Positions 19,761 to 29,356 of a stretch of DNA of 64,000 nucleotides are shown here, in pieces. The stretch comes from an uncultured candidate division Zixibacteria bacterium. Lineage in GTDB: Bacteria > Zixibacteria > MSB-5A5 > UBA10806. The notes under the pieces are model-generated. The model did not search any database, was not told where the DNA came from, and saw only the letters and a program-made list of their open reading frames with translations. The stretch lies in NCBI GenBank assembly GCA_963801605.1, contig CAWDFP010000006.1, positions 1,792,001-1,856,000 on the forward strand. Reading direction: 5' to 3'. The first letter of the stretch is position 1. Every line of letters starts with the position of its first letter. The translations under genes and the position numbers were made by a program.

Positions 19761-20642
19761 ATGCTTTGGAATTTCAAAAGCCCCGTTGATTCTTCAACTC
19801 ATAAATGGTCTATGGCAAGGCAGGAAGCCTGGGACGATTGCCAGAGGAAATATTATTACCAATACAGGGGCTCCGCGAAACAATCCAAACATCCGCAAAA
19901 AGATCAAATTACGAAGCTCAAACAAAAAAGAACCTTAGCGCATCTAAAAGGAGAGATCGTTCATGCTGCGCTGTCCGACTATATCCGTTATTTTAGTGAA
20001 GGCAAACCGGAAGCGATGACAACGCTGTTCGAAACCCGCTGGTCCAAAATGATAGCAAAACCCGAGGATGCGCTGATCGAGTTCACCAATGGCCGGGGAT
20101 TGGCTGCGGCTCTCATCGAACAGGCCCGAATTGACTCCCTGAAGCTTTTGGATAATTTTGTCCAAATGTGGCCGGAGTATGAGAAGGATGAAATTCTCTA
20201 TATCGATGATCCCGATGATTATCCCGGATGGTTTAATTGCGGGGGTTTGGGAGTTTACGGAAGGCCGCATTTGATTGTTAAACGTGATAAAAATACAATT
20301 GTGAACTGGAAAACCGGAGAGGAACCCGATGATTTCTCCGATAATATTTACGAAATGTCGACTTCGATTTATATGGCCTGTTTCGATTACAATGGGAATA
20401 TCAGGGCTTACCCGGAGGAGTTCGAGGGGCTGTTTCAATACCTGCCCACCAAATCCAAATCGAAAAAAATAACTCGGACGCAAAACGACTATGAGCAATT
20501 TATTGAATCTATCGACGAGATAATAAACGATTTACCCGATTCATTTATGGAAGAACGATATATCCCGGATCCCGCTAAATGGAAATGCAAAAACTGCAAT
20601 TTCGCAACCGTTTGTCATGATGGCAGGCAGCTTCTGGATTAA
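19761..20642 (+). CDS. PD-(D/E)XK nuclease-fold protein (Cas4/AddB-like, four-Cys Fe-S motif) with atypical active site
   Basis: RBS GGAGG; WS..R..W.DCQRKYYYQY, GEIVH, GRPHLIV..IVNWKTG, C-terminal CKNCNFATVC. Confidence 0.85.
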   Translation: MLWNFKSPVDSSTHKWSMARQEAWDDCQRKYYYQYRGSAKQSKHPQKDQITKLKQKRTLAHLKGEIVHAALSDYIRYFSEGKPEAMTTLFETRWSKMIAKPEDALIEFTNGRGLAAALIEQARIDSLKLLDNFVQMWPEYEKDEILYIDDPDDYPGWFNCGGLGVYGRPHLIVKRDKNTIVNWKTGEEPDDFSDNIYEMSTSIYMACFDYNGNIRAYPEEFEGLFQYLPTKSKSKKITRTQNDYEQFIESIDEIINDLPDSFMEERYIPDPAKWKCKNCNFATVCHDGRQLLD

Positions 20643-20666
20643 TAGGTTTTGGCAGGTTCTGAAATT

Positions 20667-20753
20667 TGGTGCCGGAGGGGGGACTTGAACCCCCACGGAC
20701 TTACATCCACTGCGCCCTGAACACAGCGTGTCTGCCAATTCCACCACTCCGGC
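20667..20753 (-). tRNA. tRNA-Leu (anticodon CAG)
   Basis: Reverse complement GCCGGAGTGGTGGAATTGGCAGACACGCTGTGTTCAGGGCGCAG...GGTTCAAGTCCCCCCTCCGGCACCA; long variable arm, encoded CCA. Confidence 0.97.
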
Positions 20754-20991
20754 GTCCGCGTTTTCACAAGCCAAAAGGTTGTGAAAACAGGTCCAATAAT
20801 ATAGCAATATCTATGAATCATGCAAGGTGAATTTGTTGGCGGGAGTTTTCAAAATTGTAGATCGACGATAGTAACGGGCCGCCGGCTAATTCTTATATCG
20901 TAACAATGGCACGGATTGGTATTATTTATCCCTTGCGACAAATACAGAATTCTCCTACAATAAAAAAGAGTTTGAATTGACGGGATATTTA

Positions 20992-21399
20992 ATGGCGCAA
21001 GAAAATAAACCCTACAGCCATCTAAATTTTGAGCATCGCGGCCAGGCACTTCTACCGCGCAAAACCTTTGTGCGCCGCTTTATATTTACTGCCTCCATAA
21101 GCGTTTTAATCCTGCTGGTTTGGGTGTTTGTTGGAATGATCGGCTATCACGGGCTGGCCGGCCTGGGATGGGTGGATTCATTTCTCAATACAGCGATGAT
21201 CGTTGGAGGGATGGGGCCTGTTGATACCCTGAATAACGATGCCGCCAAGATATTTGCAGGTTTCTTCGCGATATTCAGCGGAGTGTTATTTTTAAGCGCC
21301 TTTGCTCTTATGGCTGCGCCGATATTTCATCGTTTCCTGCATAAATTTCATTTGGAAGGCAGCGATAAAATCGAACGCTCCAAAAAGAATCTGGAATAA
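20992..21399 (+). CDS. Small two-TM membrane protein with a K+-channel-like pore helix
   Basis: TM1 - W.DSFLNTAMIVGGMGP - AKIFA..TM2 arrangement; His-rich C-terminus. Confidence 0.65.
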   Translation: MAQENKPYSHLNFEHRGQALLPRKTFVRRFIFTASISVLILLVWVFVGMIGYHGLAGLGWVDSFLNTAMIVGGMGPVDTLNNDAAKIFAGFFAIFSGVLFLSAFALMAAPIFHRFLHKFHLEGSDKIERSKKNLE

Positions 21400-21548
21400 T
21401 TCGGAAATCCTCGAATTATATTCATATACCAGCAATATTTGACATAACCTATAGGTTTTCCGATTAATCCTTTCCTCAAGAAACACCCGCGGTTCCGCAT
21501 GAGTTCTTATTCCACTAAGATGAAAAGTCATTTAACGGGAGGATTATT

Positions 21549-22196
21549 TTGAAAATAGGAATACTCGGATCAGGTATGGTAGCCCAGCAATTGGGATTGG
21601 GATTTCTCAAACTGGGCAATGATGTTAAATTAGGGACTCGTCATCCCGAAAAGCTTGAAAAATGGCTCAAACAGGCAGGGGAGAAGGCATCGATTGGCAG
21701 TTTCGAGGACGCCGCTAAATTTGGGGAAATAGTTGTTTTGGCCACTAAATGGGCTGATGATGCCACACAAGAAGCTATTCGGCTCTCAGGCAAGCAGAAT
21801 TTTGCCGGCAAAGTGGTTATGGATGTGACCAATCCGCTGGTTTCGGGAGGAGAGAATCAACCGCCCAAGCTGGCATTCGGATATCCCGATTCAGCCGGAG
21901 CAACGATTCAGGGATGGCTTCCCGAATCCAAAGTTGTCAAGGCATTCAATATCATTACCGCCTACTACATGGCTAACCCCAGGCTCAAGGAAGGCACTCC
22001 TGATATGTTTATCGCGGGAAATGATGCCTCCGCCAAAAAGTTGCTCAGCGATATTGCAATCAAATGGGGCTGGGAGATTCATGATATTGGCGGGATTGAG
22101 CAATCTTACCTTTTGGAGGCGCTTGCCATGCTGTGGATCAGATATGGGGTGCTTAATAATTATTGGAAGCATGCTTTTAAACTGTTAAAAGAGTAA
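21549..22196 (+). CDS. NADPH-dependent F420 reductase-like dinucleotide-binding oxidoreductase
   Basis: MKIGILGSGMVA, DVTNPL, VVKAFN; RBS GGAGG. Confidence 0.88.
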   Translation: MKIGILGSGMVAQQLGLGFLKLGNDVKLGTRHPEKLEKWLKQAGEKASIGSFEDAAKFGEIVVLATKWADDATQEAIRLSGKQNFAGKVVMDVTNPLVSGGENQPPKLAFGYPDSAGATIQGWLPESKVVKAFNIITAYYMANPRLKEGTPDMFIAGNDASAKKLLSDIAIKWGWEIHDIGGIEQSYLLEALAMLWIRYGVLNNYWKHAFKLLKE

Positions 22197-22389
22197 ATTC
22201 AACTTCCCGCGCACCCAGCTTTTGCATCAATTAGTGGTCAATAAGGCAATGGCACCGAATACCCTTGACAAGAGTATAAACGGGCGGTAATAATTGTTTG
22301 CGTTGTTCTTTTTTAAAAATCCGTAAAGGAACAATATTATCAATTAATTTAGGCCCGACTCATTTTGGATAAGAAAGAATAAGCCGCCG

Positions 22390-23700
22390 ATGTATTGGGT
22401 AAGCAAAACGCTTCATCGCTTGGGACGAATCAAACATCAGCTCGTAATATTTATGGCCGTTTTGGGGCCGGGCATTATTACGATGGTGGCTGATAATGAT
22501 GCCGGCGGCATTTCGACTTATGCGGTTACAGGTTCTAAGTATGGTTTCAACCTGCTCTGGGTTTTTATCATCCTGATTCCCATGGCGTATTACGTTCAGG
22601 AAATGACTGTCCGTCTGGGGGCTGTAACCAAGCGCGGGCATGCCGAGGCAATTTTTGACGGTTTCGGTTCATTCTGGGGCTGGTTTTCGCTCTTTGATCT
22701 GGGGGTTGTCAACTGGCTTACCTTGATTACCGAATATATCGGAATGATCGCGGCCTGGAGCATGTTTGGCATAAATCCTATTATTACATTTATCGTGGTT
22801 ACCGCAATTTTGATGGCAGTAGTCATGACCGGAAAATACTGGACTTTTGAAAAACTCACCCTGGCTTTCTGCATTTTCAATTTCGTATATATCCCGGCCG
22901 CAATCTGGGCGATGCATATACCATCAGCCCCAGGATGGGGGGCAGTTTTTAAGGGCTTTTATCATCCTCATTTCCCCAACGGAGTAACTCCCGATCTAAT
23001 ATTTATTATTATGGCCTGTATCGGGACTACAATCACTCCCTGGCAGATATTTTTCCAGCAAAGCGCGGTGGTGGATAAGGGCGTTGATATTCACGATGTC
23101 AAATATGGCAAGCTCGATACTTTCGCCGGTTCGTTTTTAACCGGGCTTGTGGCCATATTCATTATCATTGCCACCGGGGCGGCCTTTTATTATCATCAGC
23201 CGCCAATTACCGTACAGGATGCCACCCAAACCGCCAATGCTTTAGCACCGATTTTACCCGCAGGCGAGGGACATTGGGCCAGAATTTTATTTGCTATCGG
23301 CCTATTTGACGCCGGCTTTTTGGGGGCGCTATGTATTTCGCTTTCAACATCCTGGGCGTTTGGCGAAATATTCGGATGGGCACATTCACTTAATAGGAGC
23401 GTCAAGGACGCTCCCTGGTTCTACGTAGTTTATCTTCTGACACTGGTAACAGCCGGTGCGGTTGTTCTGATTCCCGGAGCGCCTCTCATCATCATTACGA
23501 TGTTTGTACAAGTTGTGGCAGTAACATTGTTACCAGCGGCCCTGATATTTTTAATCTTGCTCCTGAACGATAAAGACCTGATGGGCCAGCATACCAACAC
23601 ACGATTTCAGAACATTGCCAATTGGGGAATCGTAATATTTGTTATAGTCATGTCAACTTTATTCGCCATATCGGTGCTGTTTCCGAACGTGTTTGCCTGA
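22390..23700 (+). CDS. Nramp-related divalent metal transporter (DNDAGG subgroup, probably Mg2+)
   Basis: GPGIITMVADNDAGGISTY, QEMTVRLG, GTTITPWQIFFQQS; about 11 TMs. Confidence 0.88.
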   Translation: MYWVSKTLHRLGRIKHQLVIFMAVLGPGIITMVADNDAGGISTYAVTGSKYGFNLLWVFIILIPMAYYVQEMTVRLGAVTKRGHAEAIFDGFGSFWGWFSLFDLGVVNWLTLITEYIGMIAAWSMFGINPIITFIVVTAILMAVVMTGKYWTFEKLTLAFCIFNFVYIPAAIWAMHIPSAPGWGAVFKGFYHPHFPNGVTPDLIFIIMACIGTTITPWQIFFQQSAVVDKGVDIHDVKYGKLDTFAGSFLTGLVAIFIIIATGAAFYYHQPPITVQDATQTANALAPILPAGEGHWARILFAIGLFDAGFLGALCISLSTSWAFGEIFGWAHSLNRSVKDAPWFYVVYLLTLVTAGAVVLIPGAPLIIITMFVQVVAVTLLPAALIFLILLLNDKDLMGQHTNTRFQNIANWGIVIFVIVMSTLFAISVLFPNVFA

Positions 23701-23707
23701 GGTGTTT

Positions 23708-25001
23708 ATGGAAATGCGGCATAGTAAAAAATTCGTATTGCCTGGCGATTCCGGGATCGGCCAGGATTTCCGATTTCTTTATTTCTCAGAGCTATTAAAA
23801 AAGCCGGTGGTATCCGGTAATATTAAGAATCGAATTGGCAAGCTCACCGATCTGGTTTTTCGTTTAAGTGAGACATACCCCGAAGCCGTCGGAATATACC
23901 TTGAATATGGTTGGGGAAAACCGACAGAGTTTATTCCCTGGGATAAAGTGATTAAAATCGAGGACGATGCCATATTCGTGCAGCCGCCTCCGGATGGCGG
24001 TCAATATCCTCCGTTCGCGGATCAGGTGGGCTGGGTGATGCTAAACCGCCATTTGATGGGCCGGACGATTCTCGATATGGATGGCCGCCGTATCGAGGTG
24101 GTTAATGATGTACATCTGCTCGAATCGCGCGGGCGGATGATAATTGTTCACGTGGATATTTCGTTTAACGGCTTCTTGCGCAGGCTCGGACTTCGGAAAG
24201 CCCGCTGGCTAAAAGAAAGGTTAATCTCCTGGAAATATGTTCAGCCGCTTTCGGTGGAGGATGCCGCTGCCACTGACGCTGTATCGCTTTCCATAACTCG
24301 AAAATCGGTTAAGGACCTTCCCAGCGAAGACCTGGCAGATGCTCTGGAAGAGCTTTCAGGCGATGAGCAAGAGGCGTTTTTCTCAGCTCTCGACCGCGAA
24401 TCCGCCGCCGATGCTTTGGTCGAAGCCGAGCCGCGCGTGCAGAGGCAGCTTATAGCCAGCCTTCGAAACGAAAGGGCCAAGGCGATCCTTTCTGAGCTAT
24501 CAATTGCTCAATTGGCTGACCTGTTTACGGTCTTGCCTCGCGATCAAATGGTCCAACTCCTTTCGCTGGTACCATCCGAGGACGCCAAGCGAATTCGAGG
24601 CATTCTTTCCGAACGGGAGCAAACCGCATCAGGGACTTATGTCACCCGAATTTGTGACCGCTCTACCGGGCGATATGGTGGCCGATGTTCTTAAGGGTAT
24701 CCGAGCCTCCAAAAGAGAACATGATGAGATCAGCTATATTTATATTGTCGATCCCGAAAAAAATCTGTTAGGCGTCGTTGATATCCGAGAGCTCCTTTTG
24801 GCGGCGGATGACACCGTTATGGAGCGGATAATGACTACCCCGGTTGTCGAGGCTGAATCAACGGACCTTCGAGAGGACCTGGAGGAGATGTTTGTGAAAT
24901 ATCATTACCGGATGATCCCGGTTGTGGAGGGTACTCGCATAATCGGAGTGGCCTATTATAATCACATTATGAAAGGACTCGTCACCCGAGCCAAAACCTG
25001 A
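23708..25001 (+). pseudogene. PRC-barrel + MgtE N-terminal + CBS-pair soluble protein, +1 frameshift at GGG 24632-24634 (probably an assembly error)
   Basis: ILDMDGRRIEVVNDV, DLADALEEL; ...EQTASG joins LMSPEFV...IYIVD..LLGVV..IPVV if one G is removed. Confidence 0.82.
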
Positions 25002-25009
25002 GGAATGTT

Positions 25010-25129
25010 ATGCCAAAAGTAAAATTGACTCGCACCGTACGAGTGGCGTTGATATTTTTGCGGATATATCTTTTGGCCATGCTGGGCTTGATAATATTCA
25101 AATTCATAAACGCATACGTAATTAAGTAA
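25010..25129 (+). CDS. 39-aa single-TM peptide MPKVKLTRTVRVALIFLRIYLLAMLGLIIFKFINAYVIK (below the ORF-track cutoff)
   Basis: GAGGA RBS overlapping the upstream stop; basic N-terminus plus hydrophobic helix. Confidence 0.7.
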   Translation: MPKVKLTRTVRVALIFLRIYLLAMLGLIIFKFINAYVIK

Positions 25130-25263
25130 CATATTTATATTGATGGTGTTACGCGATATCCATTGTCCGTTACTTTAAGCCTGTAAAATAATAATAAAAG
25201 TGGAATCATCCTTCTGATTCCCTTAATACTTTATGCTTACTAAAACCGGACTTCTGGTCGCAC

Positions 25264-27066
25264 CTACGGCTTATTCCGCAGAAAAGTCGCCTCACCATCC
25301 AATGCTCGGAGAAGGCTCTTTTTATTGTCTAAATATGTTGATAATTCCTGAGGCGAGAAGGTTTTCGGAGGCAGATACAATTCCAGTTGAACCAATAAGG
25401 AATCATCATGCGAGCGATTCAAAATCTTATAGCTGAAATTATCATAATCCAGGCCGGCCGATTTTTCTTTTGCCAGGGAATAGACGGGTTGAGCCAATTG
25501 GACCTGGTATGATACCTGGCATAATAAATTCCTCTTGAGTACGGTCGGCCAGTAGCGGGAGGTGTCGGGTTTGATGACATCACGAAGAAATTCCAGGCCC
25601 CAGGGTTTAAAGGCTACAACACTATCCCGATCAACGGCGAATCTTCTGATGTTGATATCGCCGGTCAATTTGATTTCGTCTGACGCAGCCGAATCCTCGA
25701 CGATTTTCCGAAATGTGCAGGTGGGAAGCATAGCCTCAACAAAACCTCTGGTCACCTTTTCTTTATCGAGCGTTCTAGTGTAATCATAAAGCCATTTCCA
25801 TTGTAATGGCTCGCGTCCTTTCATCCTTAGATTGGTCTTGCCGACCAGAATGCCATCGGGGGTCATGTCGCCATTAATAACTATCGATAGAGTATCCGGC
25901 TCAATAGGGGCTGTTCCCAATCTCCTTGGGTTGGCGTTGGGCAAAATCGGATAGGCGAGGCATCCGAAAAGTTGAGTTGGAAGATATCCCAGAGGGCAAT
26001 ATTCCGCAGTCAGGTCCTGATAGGCGGTATCACCCTTAGATGTGATATAGGCGGCGATCATGTGATTGAACATTCCCTGCGACGGAAAATCGATATTGCC
26101 GTAATAATCGTCGCTCGCCAGAACCAGCACCTGCCAGGATTGGTATCCGGCAATCCGTATCCAGTTCATAAATAGGTTGGCCAGCCCCTTACAGTCACCA
26201 TACCCTTTGCTCCAAACGTCATCAGGCAAAGACGGGACATACGATCCCTTGCCGATTTCGATAGCGACATAGTGGCACTGCTTGTCAATGGCGGCCAGGA
26301 TTTGTTCAGGAGTGGAGGCAATTGCCAGCATTTTAGCCGTATCGATTGCGGTCTGACTGGTTACCAACTGCTCCTGCGCCCAGCGGTAAACATCCTGCCA
26401 TTCATGGATATCTGCCTTATCGGTTTTCGATTCGAAAAGATACCATAATCCGGGAAGGAAATCGGTGGGGGCTTTTTCAAATTTGTTTCTGGCTTTGAGA
26501 TTATACCATGTAAATGTCATCTTTTGAAGGCTATCGGTGCGGACGGGCTCACCGCGATCGATACTATATTTCAATCGCCACTTATCTTTTGGATATGAAA
26601 TTGTTATCAGGGTCGTATCGACGGGCAGGTCTTCAACGGCAGCCAGATAATCGCCGCCCAATCCATCCCGTTCCTCGAGTTCGAAAAGGCAATCGATTTC
26701 GGTTCCGGGTTCTATCTTGTCAAAATCCCACTGATAGAATTTGGAATCGGAAACAAGTTCGAAAGGTTGACTTGCAGAAAGCAGAATGCCGTCTTTCTTG
26801 GTATATTCCTTTGCTTTGGGCTCTTTGCCTTTTATCGTAATAAGAACATTCCTTAACTCGCCCAGATGAGGAACCGCTATTTGCCGATTGCTGAATTTTT
26901 CAGGATCGACATCTCCAAAAATGTAATAATGCGTATGGATACTTGTCTTCTTGACTTTGCCATCAAATTTGATACTGATTTCATTTCGACTATAATGGCT
27001 AATCTCAGCCGATGAAACCCCAACAAGACACAATCCAATTAAAAAGGAGGCTAATAAGATTTTCAA
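25264..27066 (-). CDS. Exported DUF3857 + transglutaminase-like protein with intact Cys-His-Asp triad
   Basis: TTG start overlapping upstream TGA; signal peptide; YVAIEIG, GYGDCKGLA, FNHMIA, YQDLT. Confidence 0.85.
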   Translation of the reverse strand: MKILLASFLIGLCLVGVSSAEISHYSRNEISIKFDGKVKKTSIHTHYYIFGDVDPEKFSNRQIAVPHLGELRNVLITIKGKEPKAKEYTKKDGILLSASQPFELVSDSKFYQWDFDKIEPGTEIDCLFELEERDGLGGDYLAAVEDLPVDTTLITISYPKDKWRLKYSIDRGEPVRTDSLQKMTFTWYNLKARNKFEKAPTDFLPGLWYLFESKTDKADIHEWQDVYRWAQEQLVTSQTAIDTAKMLAIASTPEQILAAIDKQCHYVAIEIGKGSYVPSLPDDVWSKGYGDCKGLANLFMNWIRIAGYQSWQVLVLASDDYYGNIDFPSQGMFNHMIAAYITSKGDTAYQDLTAEYCPLGYLPTQLFGCLAYPILPNANPRRLGTAPIEPDTLSIVINGDMTPDGILVGKTNLRMKGREPLQWKWLYDYTRTLDKEKVTRGFVEAMLPTCTFRKIVEDSAASDEIKLTGDINIRRFAVDRDSVVAFKPWGLEFLRDVIKPDTSRYWPTVLKRNLLCQVSYQVQLAQPVYSLAKEKSAGLDYDNFSYKILNRSHDDSLLVQLELYLPPKTFSPQELSTYLDNKKSLLRALDGEATFLRNKP

Positions 27067-29020
27067 TTTTTCACCACCGTGATAGCAGAAAAATCGCATT
27101 TTTTCGCCCCTTGAAGGAATTTTTCGAAACTGGGGGTAAACTGCGGATCGAATAGCTTCTGATTCCGGCTGTATTGCCTCCGCACCGTAAGGCGCGATTG
27201 GGTAGAATCGTAATCTGTTAATAGCTTATAAGTTAGAAGAGTCATATCAACCGCCAGGTTAAGCCCAGCGATATTGGCCGGATGGTAGAGGTTTCCGAAA
27301 TTCCATTCGACAGTTGTAACATAGCGGGCTTTGGTGTTAAAATAGATCGGGTATTTCCGAGGCGGTTTGAGATCAAGGGAAGTATTGTCGAATGACATTC
27401 CAGGATAGACATCGAGTTCGAAATCGGGCTCTTTGACATCGACAAATTCGGGAAGCTCAACCTCGCATGACACCTGAAACATTTCGGGTTTCTGAACAGA
27501 ATCCGGAGCCAGGGCAAACGATTTTACTCCTTTTTTATCGTCCCTGAAAAACAGTTGATTTAGATAGGTTTTGCCTTCTTCAATGCCTTTCTTTTTAAAT
27601 ATTCGCCGGGCTTCAATGGCAGACTGATTATGGCAGGTGACAATTCCGTTTCCCGTAAGAGTTCCATTATCGGCCATATTTAGCTTTAGATCGGCCATGA
27701 CGCCGCTGGTCTTTTCAAAGTTAGGGGTATAGGTAATGAATGTATCAGTTGCCATGGGACGGCACATCAGGCGCTCCGATAATGCTACATCGAGATGCCA
27801 ACCTCTCCACCGGGGTCTCCGGGATCGAGGAAAAGCGAATCTCCTGGTATCCAGGTCAGGGCGTTATCGAACATCATTCGCGATGGAACCTGAGGCATCG
27901 GGCTGTTCTCGGCGTTATCGGAACAAACCCAAACAACTTCGGACTCGATCCCCATGTGTTTGAGAATCGCCCAAAGCACGATCGCTTTTTCTTCCGGGTC
28001 CATATATTTTTGTTTCATCAGATCGCTTATATCGTAAGGGGCGCCATAAACCCAGAACAGCCGGCTGTCACCCCATCTATCTCTGACCAGGTCGTGAGCG
28101 AGTTTGATTCGTTGACTTCGGTCACTGGTCACCGCCATCAGGCTATCGGCAATTTTCCTGGCTTTCTTCGAAAAATCGAAAGCGTTCTTAAATCCTTTTC
28201 TATAATCTTCCAGGAGAACCTTCCAACTGCCGGCTAAATCCATTTCGGTGCCGAGATAATTGAAGCCTTTCAAATTAATCCACAGGTCGGTTGCCAGGTT
28301 TCTTTCCGGTAGAGGATAAGTCTCATTTTCAATTGCCGGGATATTACGGGCCTCACAGATGAAGTTGTCGTCGTGGAAATAGGGGATAGGATTAATCAGC
28401 TCGCCGTTGGAGATGGCGTAGCTATAGTGGTAGCTGTAGTATTGCGATGGTTTGGGATTCATGGTAAAGCGCGCGATGCCGACCGGTATATCTTCCTGGA
28501 AACGGAAAACGGGAGGGGTGATCGAGCGCAGGTAGACGGTTCTAATAATAACATCGATAACCGAACCGGCGGTGACGCTGGGCACCGCAAAAGATTTGGC
28601 AGCCCATCGTAAATATCCTTTTTCGCTTTTGAGTATTTCCTCGATATGAACATCCTTTGAGTCCAGCTTAGTTTGCCGTCCGGTGGAATCGTAGCTGCAG
28701 GCTTCAATCGAGGTGATATCCCGGCCGCCATCGAAATATTCTCTGAACTGGGCGTAAGACAATCCTCTGTCGGTGTAAATTTTAATTCGCTTGCGGGAGA
28801 TGACATTAAGGTCGCCGGAGACAAACAAAAATTCCATCTCCTTTTGAACCATCATGGCATCAGCGGAACTATCGAGGGGGCAGTACTTCTGATTCAAAAG
28901 CTCCGGGGACGGCTTGTTCCAGTCAAGCTTCTGGAAATTCTTTGAGGCCTCCTCGGCATTTTGCGCGCCGGCTTGTGAATAAATGCTAAGGGCGAATAAA
29001 AATGCAACCAATGGTTTCAT
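27063..29020 (-). pseudogene. Exported DUF3857 + degenerate transglutaminase-like protein, -1 frameshift near 27793 (probably an assembly error)
   Basis: RBS AGGAG, signal peptide; RIKIYTDRG, VPSVTAGSVID, FRFQEDIPV; ...EVGI joins LDVALSERLMCRP if one base is added. Confidence 0.75.
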
Positions 29021-29249
29021 TTGTGGCTCCTGCTTTTCAATCGACATTTCATTTGCACATAGAAGTTGCGATTCGCCCCCAACCGCATTTTGGATTAATC
29101 GATTCAACTAAATTTAGTTGCCGGAATCGGCATCAACCGCATTTTCAGGATAAAACAAATTTGTCTTAAAAAATACAATCCCCGCCAAAAGGAATCAACG
29201 ATTATCTCATCTTTTATCGAATATTTTAATATTTTTTGTAAAAATCTTA

Positions 29250-29278
29250 TTGACAAATGGCTCCACGAGATTTATTCT
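29250..29278 (+). promoter_or_regulatory. Sigma70-like promoter
   Basis: TTGACA-17nt-TATTCT upstream of 29357. Confidence 0.5.
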
Positions 29279-29356
29279 TTTAATGTACCATTTGTCCCCG
29301 TGATTGCGGGTGGGTTGGGATACCATATAGCAACATACGATAACGGAGGTAGGTTT

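Noticed and set aside
19761..20753. Integrated element or prophage at tRNA-Leu
   Set aside because: No integrase, and I could not find a duplicated tRNA 3' end (att) in the window
22200..22389. M-box or yybP riboswitch upstream of the Nramp-like gene
   Set aside because: The leader after the TTGACA at 22265 is short and AT-rich with no convincing conserved structure
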